Shown here: in pieces, positions 1 through 10,271 of the stretch | Numbering within the stretch: the stretch's first letter is position 1 | How the letters are laid out: the number at the start of each line of letters is the position of its first letter | The notes under the pieces: generated by a model | Database searches by the model: none | What the model saw: only the letters and a program-made list of their open reading frames with translations | Told to the model about the DNA's origin: nothing | Translations under genes and position numbers: made by a program | Assembly: GCF_018977255.1 (NCBI RefSeq) | Contig: NW_024704742.1 | Span: 10,418,001 to 10,482,000 of the forward strand | Source of the DNA: Callorhinchus milii | Lineage: Eukaryota | Direction: 5' to 3' | DNA length: 64,000 nt

Positions 1-129
1 GGCATATTGGGGAGAAATTCCACCTGGATCTACAGTTTCTCTATTTCCTAGCATTGCAAAGTGCCCAGTAGTCAGTAAATTGATGAATTCAGTCTTGAGC
101 CGTTTTTCTGTAATTAGTAAAAGAACGTT

Positions 130-858
130 TAAAGGAGGTGGAGGAACAGATGACCTGGGTGTTCCATGCACAAATCTTTGAAGGTGGCAGGACAAGTTGA
201 AAAAGGTGTTAAAATGCATATGGGATCCTTAGCTTTATAAATAGAGGCACAAAGTACGAAAGAAAGGAAGTTATGTTAAACCTTTATAAATCACTGGTTA
301 GGCCTCAGCTGGAGTATTGTGTCCAATTCTGGGCACCACACTTCAGGAAGGATGTCAGGGCCTTGGAGAGAGTGCAGCGGAGATTTACCAGAATTATACC
401 AGGGATGAGGAACTTCAGTTATTTGGAGTGACTAGAGAGATTGGGAGTGTTCTCCTTAGAACAGAGAAAGTTGAGGGGAGATTTAATGGAGATGTTCAAG
501 ATTTTGAGGGTTTGGATGGAGTAGATAGGGAGAAAATGTTTCCTCTGGCGGGTGGGTTGGACACAGATTTAAGATAATTGGCAAAATAACCAGAGGGGAG
601 CTGAGGAGAATTTTTTTTGACCCAGGGCTTTGTTAAGGTCTGAAATGCAATGCCTGAAAGGGTGGTGAAAGCAGATTAGATAGTAGGTTTCAAAAGGGAA
701 GTGGATAGGTACTCGAAAAGAAAAATTTGCAGGGCTATGGGGTAAGAGCTGGGGAGTGGGATTAGTTGGATAGCTCTTTCAAAGAGCCGGCACCTGGCAC
801 AATGGGCTGAATGACCTCCTTCTGTGCTGTAAGATTCTATGATTTTATGATTCTATAA
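130..858 (+). mobile_element. CR1-type LINE, decayed 3' portion (RT C-terminus, 3' UTR, tail)
   Basis: Broken frame reads LYKSLVRPQLEYCVQFWAPHFRKDV, typical of the CR1 ORF2 C-terminus; ends in ATTCTATG-type repeats (gattctatgattttatgattctat, about 833-856). Confidence 0.9.
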
Positions 859-1399
859 CTCACAAAGAAACAGCTTCAAAATGAAGACTGTATTTAAGAA
901 GTTACCAAGTATAGGATGCCCTGTAAGGCCATATTGAGTAAATTAGACCCAGGTGTAATATCTCTCAATATTTACCACGTTAACTTGAGCAAAAACTGCA
1001 TAAAGACCTTAAATCTTTGATTTTCCCACTATTCCTACTATGTCCCTCCTAACTTCCCTCAGCTTCTGTTCCTAACATATCCTCATCTCCAGTTCACCCC
1101 TATCTCCAGTTCATACTGCACATCAATTTTTGCGGTAATTGCAAAAATTACTGCTGACCACCCTTCTCTCTTGGCTCAACTTCACTCTTGAAATTAAGAC
1201 TCTCACCCACTTCCATGGCTGCCACTTTGAGCTCATAGGGTTAACTCAATGTTTCTCGATCTCTGACAAAAGCAGTCTCTGACCACTCTTCATTTCCCTT
1301 ACCTCCTTCATCCACCACTGCTTCCCATCCCTGGAAAATGAAAAATCCCCCACTCCATCACAACTGCCTCTGAACCCCTGCCCACTTGCCCACTTCTGT

Positions 1400-1659
1400 G
1401 GGCTCCGGACTTCTGCTTGTCTCTCGTGCCCTCTGTTCCACCATTCCACCATCCACTATGCCCCGAAACTCTGGAAACCTCGTCCTCTATCCCTCCGCCT
1501 TGCCCCTTCCATCCCATCTTTAGGTCGTACCTGAAGACCTTCCTATTCAACCGGTCACTTCCCCTTCCCCTCGGCTTAGCGTTGTGCTCTGCCACTGTCA
1601 AGCGCTCTGGGACACTACCCTGCGTGAGGGATACTGTGTAAAAGCAAGTTGTTGTTGTT
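1400..1659 (+). mobile_element. L2-type LINE 3' end
   Basis: ctctggaa...ctgaagaccttcctattcaac followed by aagcgctctgggacactaccctgcgtgagg...aagttgttgttgtt; same 3' architecture as the longer L2 copies in the window. Confidence 0.75.
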
Positions 1660-2689
1660 CTGCCATACCTCCTCTGTCAAACCTACATACAGCGCAGAAA
1701 TATGTAATTTGGCCCAACTATTCCATGACAGTGTTTATATTCCTCATGAGCCTCAAAATCCCTTCTCCCATTCTCCTTTCTCCCTCATCTATCAGTGGAA
1801 AGAAGATGACGAAAGAAGGTGAAAATTACTAGATTAAGAGACAAAAAGAGTAGAAAGGAAATTAAAATCTGCAGAGAGAAATATTATTCAAAAAGATGGA
1901 TTGTTAGGTACATTATTAATACACTGATAGATATTCAACAACCATTTTTGAGGACAAGAGGGTGATTCATGGAGTATCATTTTTTAAATAAAATGCCCCT
2001 GTAAAATTAAGTAAAATCTTTCATATACATTTTTGATTCTCTTTGCTTTTGTATAATAGGTTTAATGCACATTGAATCAAGGAGCTAATATCAAGGCACA
2101 ATTATCTGTGAATCATGTAAGTTGATATCATTCTGAAGTACATGCAATGATTTAACACTTCTAGATACCAGCTGTGCAGTGATGCTATCAACAATCAGTT
2201 CATTTGAAATATAAAGCACTGTTTCACTAAAATCTCCCACCGCCTCCTCCAACTTAGCCACTGCAGGTACTGTATGCACGCAACATTAGAATAGATATTA
2301 GAGACTGAAGGTACATTTATATGAGGTTTCAAACCCTTTACCTCTCTGCTATATAAGAACATGTCTCACTCTAGGTTTTAGCCAGAAGTAGAGTAACAAC
2401 ATATTTTTATGTTTCTACATAATATATAAATATTCCAATAGATGCTCCATTGCAATTTCTAGAGCACTGAATAAATAGCAAGACAAAAGAGGATTATATT
2501 TCTACAAAAGACAAGGATCATTTTTGTAAGTACTGAAACCTTGAGTATTCTTGAAGATACAAAATGATTTAGTGAACACTCCCTAACCCTGCAGTAAAAA
2601 GATGTTATGATAACAGCAGCAGCAACCAAGAGGTTAAAGATTTTATCAAAATGGCTGCTAACTGACATTAATGACAAAAGAAATGGATA

Positions 2690-2810
2690 GCACCTTTGAC
2701 AATGCAGCATCCTCTCACACTGCACTGGAATGTCATCCTAGCTCATGTCTCAATGTGTATCTTGAATCTACAAACCTTCTGACCCAGAGGCTATCAACTG
2801 AGCCAAAATG
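2690..2810 (-). mobile_element. Older Deu/SacSINE-like SINE, 5' fragment
   Basis: cacctttgacaatgcagcat...tgcactggaatgtca...accttctgacccagagg...caactgagcca matches the element at 21780-22195. Confidence 0.55.
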
Positions 2811-2861
2811 ACACCCAACTAATTAATGTTTTTTTATAACCATGAAGTAATTTCAATGACA

Positions 2862-3200
2862 ACTTGCTCTTATAAAGCGTCTTTCATGTTAATTGTCTGA
2901 AAGTACTTTACAAAGGAGTGGAATTCAAGCATGGTGAGGAGGCGGAATAGGCAGGAAGTGGCGATGGTATAACGTAAGAGATAGGTTTTCAGATGGGCTT
3001 TGAAAGCAGAGAGGGAGGCTGTGAGGTGGATGAATTCTCCAAAAAAGGGGAGCAGAGAGCTGAAAGCACCTTCACCTGTTGGAAGTGGGGGTGGGAGGGA
3101 CATGAAGCAGGCCAGGAAACTTGCCCAATATTTCACCCTGCCGGGAATCGAGCCCGGGTCTCTCGCTTGTGAGGCGAGTGCTCTAACCACTGAGCTCCCA
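2862..3200 (-). mobile_element. L2 3' fragment (about 2862-3100) next to a SINE tRNA-like head (about 3112-3200)
   Basis: The minus ORF contains SAFKAHLKTYLL (L2 C-terminus). 3112-3200 is the reverse complement of the SINE head agctcagtggttagagcactcgcctcacaagcgagagacccgggctcgattccc. Confidence 0.7.
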
Positions 3201-4158
3201 TGTTGTGATAGTCCTCCCATTCTATGACAGAAGCTCTCCCACTAACAGAAAGAGCTCGATGAGATGTCTGGAGTCAAAGACTGATCAGCGTTATATTCAT
3301 CTTACTGAAGAGAAACGAGTTTGGATATGAAAAATTGATTTGCAGATTTTTTAAAAATTGAGGATTTCCATCGACTGACAATTTTATCTATGTAATATAA
3401 TATTACATATACGAGTGCACTAAAAGGAGTTTGATTTTTAAAGATCTGAAAGCTTCACTGTGCAGTGAAGAAAGCTTGATTTTTTAAGTAAGAAGGAAAC
3501 AATAAATGCTGGGGCCTGTGAGAAGAGAAATGTAGTGGTGCACAAAGAACATTTTAAGCATCTGAGCTGGAAAGACAAGGCATGATGATATAAAAAACTG
3601 ACAACCATTTATTTTTTGATCTCATGGTTACCAATGATGAAGGCTCAAAAATAACTCCAACAGAGTATAAGTCAGATTTCTGAGTTTCAGATTCCAGAAT
3701 GGAATGCACACCCTCTCCCTGGACAGATTCACCCTGTTTGCTCAATGCCACAAAGTATTAGGCTCAGGTTGGCAAGAGCCAAGGCTTGGGGAGCCCAGAG
3801 TATGCACTGGGGTAACTGTTGGACTCTAAACCAGCTTGCATTAATCATTACGCACTTTCAGACAATGAACATGAGAAAGCTTGCATTAATCATTGCGTAG
3901 TCAGTCTGTTAGAACTGCATGCCATATGATTCCTATTCAGTGTAAATGTCATATACTGAATGAGCAGACTGGCACTGAGCTTAGTACCTAATAATACTGT
4001 TGATAATCTACTCGCTAGTTGGAGAAGCAACTGCTTAAGCAATTCATGGATGTCATCTAGATTTCAGAGACAAAATTACTGCCTTGATACTCACTGCCAA
4101 CCTGATTTACAAAATCCACACTGGGGCAGCGTCCAATCCAGCCTTCCTGAGACCCTCA

Positions 4159-4520
4159 TAAATAATAATAATCCTTGCATTTGATATAGCATTTTATCAC
4201 GTCATCACAGAATATCCTGTAAAATGAATTGACTGTATATTTTGTGGGCAAAACGCGGCAGCCAATTGCCCACAACAGTGTCCCACAAACAGTCGTGGAT
4301 TGAAGTGACCAATGTATCTTAAACTTTTTTAAAAAAATTTAAGGAATTATTACCCCCAGAAAAGCGATCCGCCAATCGTCTAATAACCAGGTTCCTACTT
4401 ACTGCTAGGTAAACCAAGGCGTGGGCAGTAAGGAAACTTGCCCAACATTTCGCCCTGCTGGGAATCGACCCCAGGTCCTCTCGCTTGTGAGTGCTCTAAC
4501 CACTGAACTACAGGACTCCA
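4159..4520 (-). mobile_element. tRNA-derived Deu-domain SINE, long subfamily, near full length
   Basis: A-box/B-box tRNA-like head at the right end, Deu core (tgtttgtgggacactg...caattggctgccgcg), LINE-like tail with (ATT)n at the left end. Confidence 0.85.
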
Positions 4521-4889
4521 CATGAATCTGGCATGAGGTAATGTGATGTCGACCTTCTATAGATTTGTAAAACTATTGTCATGTATCCTGACTGAAGTAG
4601 CCTTCAACCAGATTCCTGCGAATTCCTGAAAATACCTTACCAGAGGCCCCGGAATTATAATTATTATTAATAATAATAATAGAAATTGCACCTGATTTTA
4701 GCCTAAAGAGGCAGCATTTTGGAGAAATTCAGTCTTAATTTGGAATCAGTATTCCAAAGGTCTTTTTAAGAACAGCAGAAAGCTGGTTTCCAAATTGCGA
4801 TTGAAATTTAGTAAAATTCTGCATGACCATAAATTTCAAGACAACAGCCAAAAGGCTAAGAACTGATGGAATTTCAAGCCTCAGCAGGC

Positions 4890-4914
4890 NNNNNNNNNNN
4901 NNNNNNNNNNNNNN
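4890..4914. other. Assembly gap (25 N)
   Basis: Run of n in the sequence; the true gap size is unknown. Confidence 0.99.
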
Positions 4915-5830
4915 ACACCCCCCACACCCACACACACACCCCCTCCCCACACCCCCCCACACCCCCTCCCCACACCCCACACCCACACACACACCCCTCC
5001 CCCCAACCCCACCCACCCCCCTCCCCACACACCCACACACACACCCCCCTCCCCACACACCCCCACTCCCCACACCCCACAACACCCCCTCCCCACACAC
5101 CCCCACACCCCCCTCCCCACACCCCCACCCCACACACCCCCACTCCCCACACACCCCCACCCCCCACACACCCCCACACCCCCTCCACACACCCCCCCGC
5201 CACACCCCCCTCCCCACACCCCACTCCCCAACACCCCACTCCCCACACACACACCCACACCCCCTCCCCCACATCCCCACTCCCCACACGCCCACTCCCC
5301 ACACACACACACACCCCCACCCCACACACACCCCCACACCCCCACACTCCCCACACCCCACCACACAAACACACCCACACCCCCCTCCCACAAACACCCC
5401 CACACTCCCCTCCCCACACCCCCACTCCCCACACACACCCCACACCCCCCTCCCCACACACACCCCCACACTCCCCTCCCCACACCCCCACTCCCCACAC
5501 ACACACAGCCACACCCCCCTCCCCACACCCCCACCCCACACGCCCACTCCCCACACACACACCCACACCCCCCCCACCCCACACACCCCCAACACCACAA
5601 TCCCCAACCCCCACTCCCACACACCACCCACACCCCCCCCAACACCCCACACCCCACTCCCACACCCACACCCCCATCCCCACACCCACCCCACACCCCC
5701 TCCACTCCCCCCCACACCCCACTCCCCCCTCCCCACACTCCCCCCCACACCCCCACACACCCCTCCCGCCCCCGCTCTCCCCCCCACACCCCCACTCCCG
5801 CTCTCCCCCCCCCACACCCCCGCTCTCCCA
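4915..5830. repeat. C/A-rich low-complexity repeat (CCCCACAC-type; G-rich on the minus strand)
   Basis: About 900 bp of almost only C and A with recurring ccccacac/cccactcc units; produces spurious Pro/His/Thr and Gly/Val ORFs. Confidence 0.95.
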
Positions 5831-6027
5831 CCCAATCAGCCTCGAACCCGCTCCTGGCCGCTCTCCCTGGGTCCCCCCCCCGGGTCCCCCCGAACCTCTT
5901 CCCATCCCCAGGACATTGAGTCGAGTTTAAAACAGTGTCCGTTGATTCGGACAGAAATGTGGTTACCCGGACAACGTGTCTGCGCTGAATGTACTCACTC
6001 TGTGCCTTCTGTGTGTCCATTCACCAG

Positions 6028-6575
6028 TGGGGGAGAGGGGTGGGGGGCAAGGAGGGAGGGTGGGCGGGAGGGGGGGGAGAAGGGAGGGCGGGCGGGGAAG
6101 GAGGGAGAGTGGGCGGCAGGGGCGGGGAGAAGGGTGGGCGGGGAAGGATGGAGGGTGGGCGGGAGGGGCGGGGAGAAGTGAGGCGGGAGGGGGAGAAGTG
6201 AGGGCAGGAGGGAGGGGCGGGGAGAAGGAGGCGGGCGGGCGGGGAGAAGGGCGGGCGGGCGGGGAGAAAGGGCAGGAAGGGGAGAAGTGAGAGCGGGAGG
6301 GGCGGGGAAATGGGAGGGCGGGCGGGAGGGGCGGGGAGAAGGGACGGCGGGCTGGAGGGGCGGGGAGAAAAGAGGGCAGGCGGGAGGGGCGGGGAGAAGG
6401 GCGGGAGAAGGGCGGGAGCGGGAGAAGGGAGGGCGTGAGGGGCGGGGAGAAGGGTGCGCGGGAGGGGTGGGGGAGAAGGGAGGGTCAGGAGAAGTGCGCA
6501 GGTGGGGGAATAGAGTGGGTGGGTGTGTGGGTGTGTGGGAGAGAGGGCAGGCTGGGTTAGGGAGGGGGGAGAGGG
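6028..6575. repeat. G-rich low-complexity repeat (GGGCGGGGAGAA-type)
   Basis: Recurring gggcggggagaag units containing many GGGCGG boxes. Confidence 0.9.
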
Positions 6576-7307
6576 TGCTAAATAAACGCTTAAACATTAA
6601 ATAAATAAGCAGTTTTTGTTGTACAAATAAAGTTTTGTAATTTTCTTGGCTTGGCTTTTCAAAATCTTTCTCCATATTTGTTAAAAAAAAGTAATTTTGC
6701 AGTATTAAACTTATTTTTTTAAATTAAGTACTGTATGTATTTGATCCACCCACACAATGATATACCTCAAGCACAATATAAATAAATACAACTGACAATC
6801 ACAAATAAACACTGATCTCAATCTCTAATCCACTTTCATTAAATGTGAGGAGGGGATGGGAACACCATTTAACATGCTGAAGTTTGGCTATGACAGAGGT
6901 TTTTACTGCATGTGGAAGGACTCAAATATCACCTGTCAATTTAAGCAGATATCTCTCATAAATACAAAGTGAAATAATTTTAGTCCTTCCCCCTTAAAAA
7001 AAACTTACCCTTTTTTATCAGTTGTCACAGCAGATCACCTCTGCAATGCTTTTAAGCATTGGATTTGTTCCATTTATCCAACACAATTCTTTCTCACCTT
7101 CTTCCCCACTTGAGATTGATTCACGTTATTTTCCAGCCACTTTGTACCTGGTTAAAGCCGCCTCTGCAGCAGTTGCCGCCCACCTAGATGCCCACTTCAT
7201 GAGTCACGCACCTGGAAATGCGTAAAAGTTCTGCCTCCAGCCGCACATCTCATGTCACCTGATCTCCCAACTCAACACATAGGCAACACAACCGCCCCTC
7301 TATACTC

Positions 7308-7682
7308 GTGGAACCCTGTAGCTCATTAGTTACAGCACTCGCCTCGCAAGCACGTAGACCTGGGTTTGATTCCCAGCAGGGTGAAATATTGGGCAAGTTT
7401 CCTTACTCCACACACCTGTTTACCTAGCAGTAAGCACGATCCCAGTTAGTCGATTAGTGGATTGTTTTTCTGTGGGTACTGGAAATTACAATTTTTTTAA
7501 AAAAATAATAAATTGATCACTTCAATCCACGACTGTTTGTGGGACACTGCTGTGTGTAATTGGCTGCCACGTTTTGCCCATAATATACAGTCAATTCACT
7601 TTACAGTATATTCTGTGAAGTGCTTTGAGATATTTTGATGACATGATCAGGCGCTTTATCAAATGCAAGGATTATTATTATA
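7308..7682 (+). mobile_element. tRNA-derived Deu-domain SINE, long subfamily, full length
   Basis: Head gtggaaccctgtagctcattagtt...gggtttgattccc, middle tttacctagcagtaag, Deu core, tail aaatgcaaggattattatta. Confidence 0.9.
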
Positions 7683-8187
7683 CAGCTCAACATAACCTGT
7701 GATTTCCCAGATGGGAAGGATCAATGTTATAATGCATGACTGCTTGAGCCCACAAGGGACAGTTCTTTCCTTGAATTGGTTCTAATCAGTGATGCAGACA
7801 CTATTCAGGGAATAGAAGTAGTTGATCCTCCCTCCCCCATCCCTTCCACCTTGCCCCCCCCACTTTCAAATCCCACCTAAAGACCTTCCTTTTTGATCAT
7901 GCCACCTCCCTCTCCCCCTGGCTCTGGGGTTTACTCCACCCTCTGGGATGCTACCCTGCGTGAAGGGCACTATGTAAATCCACCAGGTGGTAGTGAGAGT
8001 TGCTCAATACCTTTCGGTTTGACAAGAGGAAAAGTGTAAGCAACCAAAATCTAGTGTGCCGTTATAGACAGGGAAACTTCAGGGGTATGAAGACTGAGGG
8101 TAGCGACAAAAACTGGGAGTCAACACTAAGGCTGAATCAGTTGAGGAAAAATACAAAGAAATTCAAAGACATGCAGATCATTCAGAA

Positions 8188-8588
8188 CATAATAATAAAT
8201 AATAATTCTTGCTTTTTGATATAGTGCCTCATCACATCATGGGGATGTCTCAAAGTGCTTCACAGAATATACTGTAAAGTGGATTGACGGTATTTTGTGG
8301 GTGAAACACTGCAATGTCCCACAGACAGTTGTGAAATGAGTGACCAATATTATTTAGGGGATTGTTGGCCAGGACATGGTAATAATTCCTCCCAAAAAAA
8401 ATAAATAATAATTTGGTCACTCAATCCACAAATGTTTGTGGGATACTGCTGTGCGCAGTTCCCTGCCACATTTCGCCCACAAAATATACAGTCAATTCAC
8501 TTTACAGTATATTCTGTGAAGTGCTTTGGGACATCTCAAAGACATGATAAGGCGCTACATCAAATGCAAGGATTATTATTATTATTAT
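8188..8588. mobile_element. Two SINE 3' halves back to back (8188-8370 minus; 8378-8588 plus)
   Basis: Both carry the Deu core and tail (cacagaatatactgtaaagtg versus cactttacagtatattctgtg) in opposite orientation. Confidence 0.8.
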
Positions 8589-8929
8589 CTTTATTTTCCT
8601 AACACAAATTCCGGTATGTAATCGGGTTCACAGTTTCTCATTTTTGGTTTGTAAACTTCACTCTTAATGTTGCTTCAGTGATAACAACGCATATTTGATT
8701 TAGCCAACAAAGTGGCTATTTATTATTCTATGGTAAAGTAACAGTATCTCCCCATTGGCGAGGTGGGCGAAAGCTGTACAGACCAGTACATCATATTGAG
8801 CAGACCAGAGTGCCCTATTTTTACTTTTGCTGATTTTAATAATTTATTATTATTAAAGCAGCAGCAGGAACATGACAATTTACCTTGTTAACCCGCAGTT
8901 TGGAAGGGAAAAAAATCGGCAAAGTTCCA

Positions 8930-9450
8930 GCTACAACAACAACAAGATTCCATTTATGAGTTCTGAATGACCTGCAGTGTGGAGGGAGGTGCCGGGAAGG
9001 CCGACGAGGAGAGAGTTCCCATAGTCCAGCCTTGAGGTGATAAAGGCGTGGACCAGAGTTTCAGCAGCGTGAGGGGTGAGGTAGTGCCGTAGTCTGGCGA
9101 TGTTTCGTAGGTGATGGAAGGCGGTGCCAGTTGTGCCGCGGATATGAGGAAGAAAGGACAGCTCAGGGTCGAACAGAATGCCGAGGTTCCTGACTGACTT
9201 TGAGAGGTGGAGAGTGCAGCCTTGGATGCTGATGCTGTCAGCGCCTGAGGTGCGGAGGCGCTGACGTGAGCCAATCAGGAGGGCCTCGGTTTTGCGCACA
9301 TTGAGCTGAAGAAAGTTATCTCTCGTCCAGGACTCGATGTCGGACAGGCAGCTGTCAGGACATCGGTGGTCGTTGAGGGTAGAGGAGGAAAGGTAGAGTT
9401 GGGTGTCATCCACATACATGTGGAAGTTAACCCCATGTCTGCGGATGAAT
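8930..9450 (-). mobile_element. L2 LINE reverse transcriptase fragment
   Basis: ORF 8931-9419: YVDDTQLY...LSDIESW...FLQLNVRKTE...VRNLG...LVHAFITSRLDYGNSLL. Confidence 0.9.
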
Positions 9451-9465
9451 TGATTTTCGATTGAT

Positions 9466-9835
9466 TGTGGAGTCCTGTAGCTCAGTGGTTAGAGCACTCA
9501 CCTCACAAGCAAGAGACCTGACTTCCATTCTTGGCAGGGAGAAATGTTGGGCAAGTTTCCTCTGGGCACTCCACACGCCTCTGTTTCCCTTGCAGTATGT
9601 AGGAATGCGGTTGTTAGTCGATTGGCGAATTGCTTTTCTGAGAATAATAATACCCTGAAAAAAAATTTGGTCAATGAATCCATGACTGCTTGTGGGACAC
9701 TGCTGCGTGCAATTGGCTGCCACATTTCATCCACACATATACAGTCAATTCACTTTACAGTATATTCTGTGAAGCGCTTTGAGACGTCTCGAAGATGTGA
9801 TAAGGCGCTATATCAGATGCAAGAATTATTATTAT
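9466..9835 (+). mobile_element. tRNA-derived Deu-domain SINE, long subfamily, full length
   Basis: gtggagtcctgtagctcagtggttagagcac head, Deu core, tail aagcgctttgagacgtctcgaagatgtgataaggcgct...attattatt. Confidence 0.9.
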
Positions 9836-10025
9836 CTCATCCTTCCAGAACACTTGTTCAATCTTCATCCAAGGCTGCGTTGAATCTTTTAACAAACAGC
9901 ATGTGCACCTAATATGTTATAGTCTCATATGTTATCGTCTTGTGAAGCACAACTCGCCTCGATCAACTTGGCACTAGGTAATTTACTGTTAAAAAGAGAT
10001 TTTAATTTCAAACTAAAATTTCTAG

Positions 10026-10165
10026 TGTGGAGTCCTGTAGCTCAGTGGTTAGAGCATTCGCTTTGCAAGCAAGAGACCTGAGTTCAATTCCAGGCAGGTC
10101 GAAACCTTGGGCAAGTTTCCTTATTCCACACGCCTAATGATAATCCCTCCAAAACCAAAAAAAAT
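10026..10165 (+). mobile_element. SINE short subfamily, 5' half
   Basis: Head with a TGC anticodon-like loop followed directly by ccacacgcctaatgataatccctccaaaac, as in the copies at 45022 and 60468. Confidence 0.8.
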
Positions 10166-10167
10166 AC

Positions 10168-10271
10168 ATTAGAGTATACAGCACAGAAACAGGCCATTCG
10201 GCCAAACCAGTGTTTATGCTCCACATGAGCCTCCTCTTGTGCCCTTCCTCAACTAAGCCTTCAAGCATAAC
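10168..10271 (-). mobile_element. CR1 3' terminus (continues at 13641 after the L2 insertion)
   Basis: tacagcacagaaacaggccattcggcc...gtgtttatgctccac is a CR1-type 3' UTR in reverse; joins 13641-14000 through the duplicated CATAAC. Confidence 0.7.

Noticed and set aside
3453..3470. Palindrome CTTCACTG-TG-CAGTGAAG
   Set aside because: An 8-bp arm is expected by chance in 64 kb; no supporting context.
3833..3894. 17-bp direct repeat AGCTTGCATTAATCATT with a 28-bp spacer
   Set aside because: Only two copies in vertebrate DNA at the break of a repeat fragment; a local duplication, not a CRISPR array.
4738..4790. FGISIPKVFLRTAES resembles the TEX15 N-terminal FTIPKIRRTAEK recalled from mammals
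   Set aside because: In-frame stop immediately upstream, no start codon and no GT donor in phase 1; probably chance.
4735..6675. Long ORFs of 226-452 aa on both strands
   Set aside because: Translations of low-complexity C-rich and G-rich repeats that lack stop codons; several run through an N gap.
7004..7150. Minus-strand exon-like segment with a G|GTAAGT donor
   Set aside because: Stops in all three frames; nothing beyond splice-like words supports it.
9929..9980. Possible TEX15 first coding exon (ATG...CTA G|gtaatt, phase 1)
   Set aside because: Encodes MLSSCEAQLASINLAL with no similarity to TEX15; not supportable.
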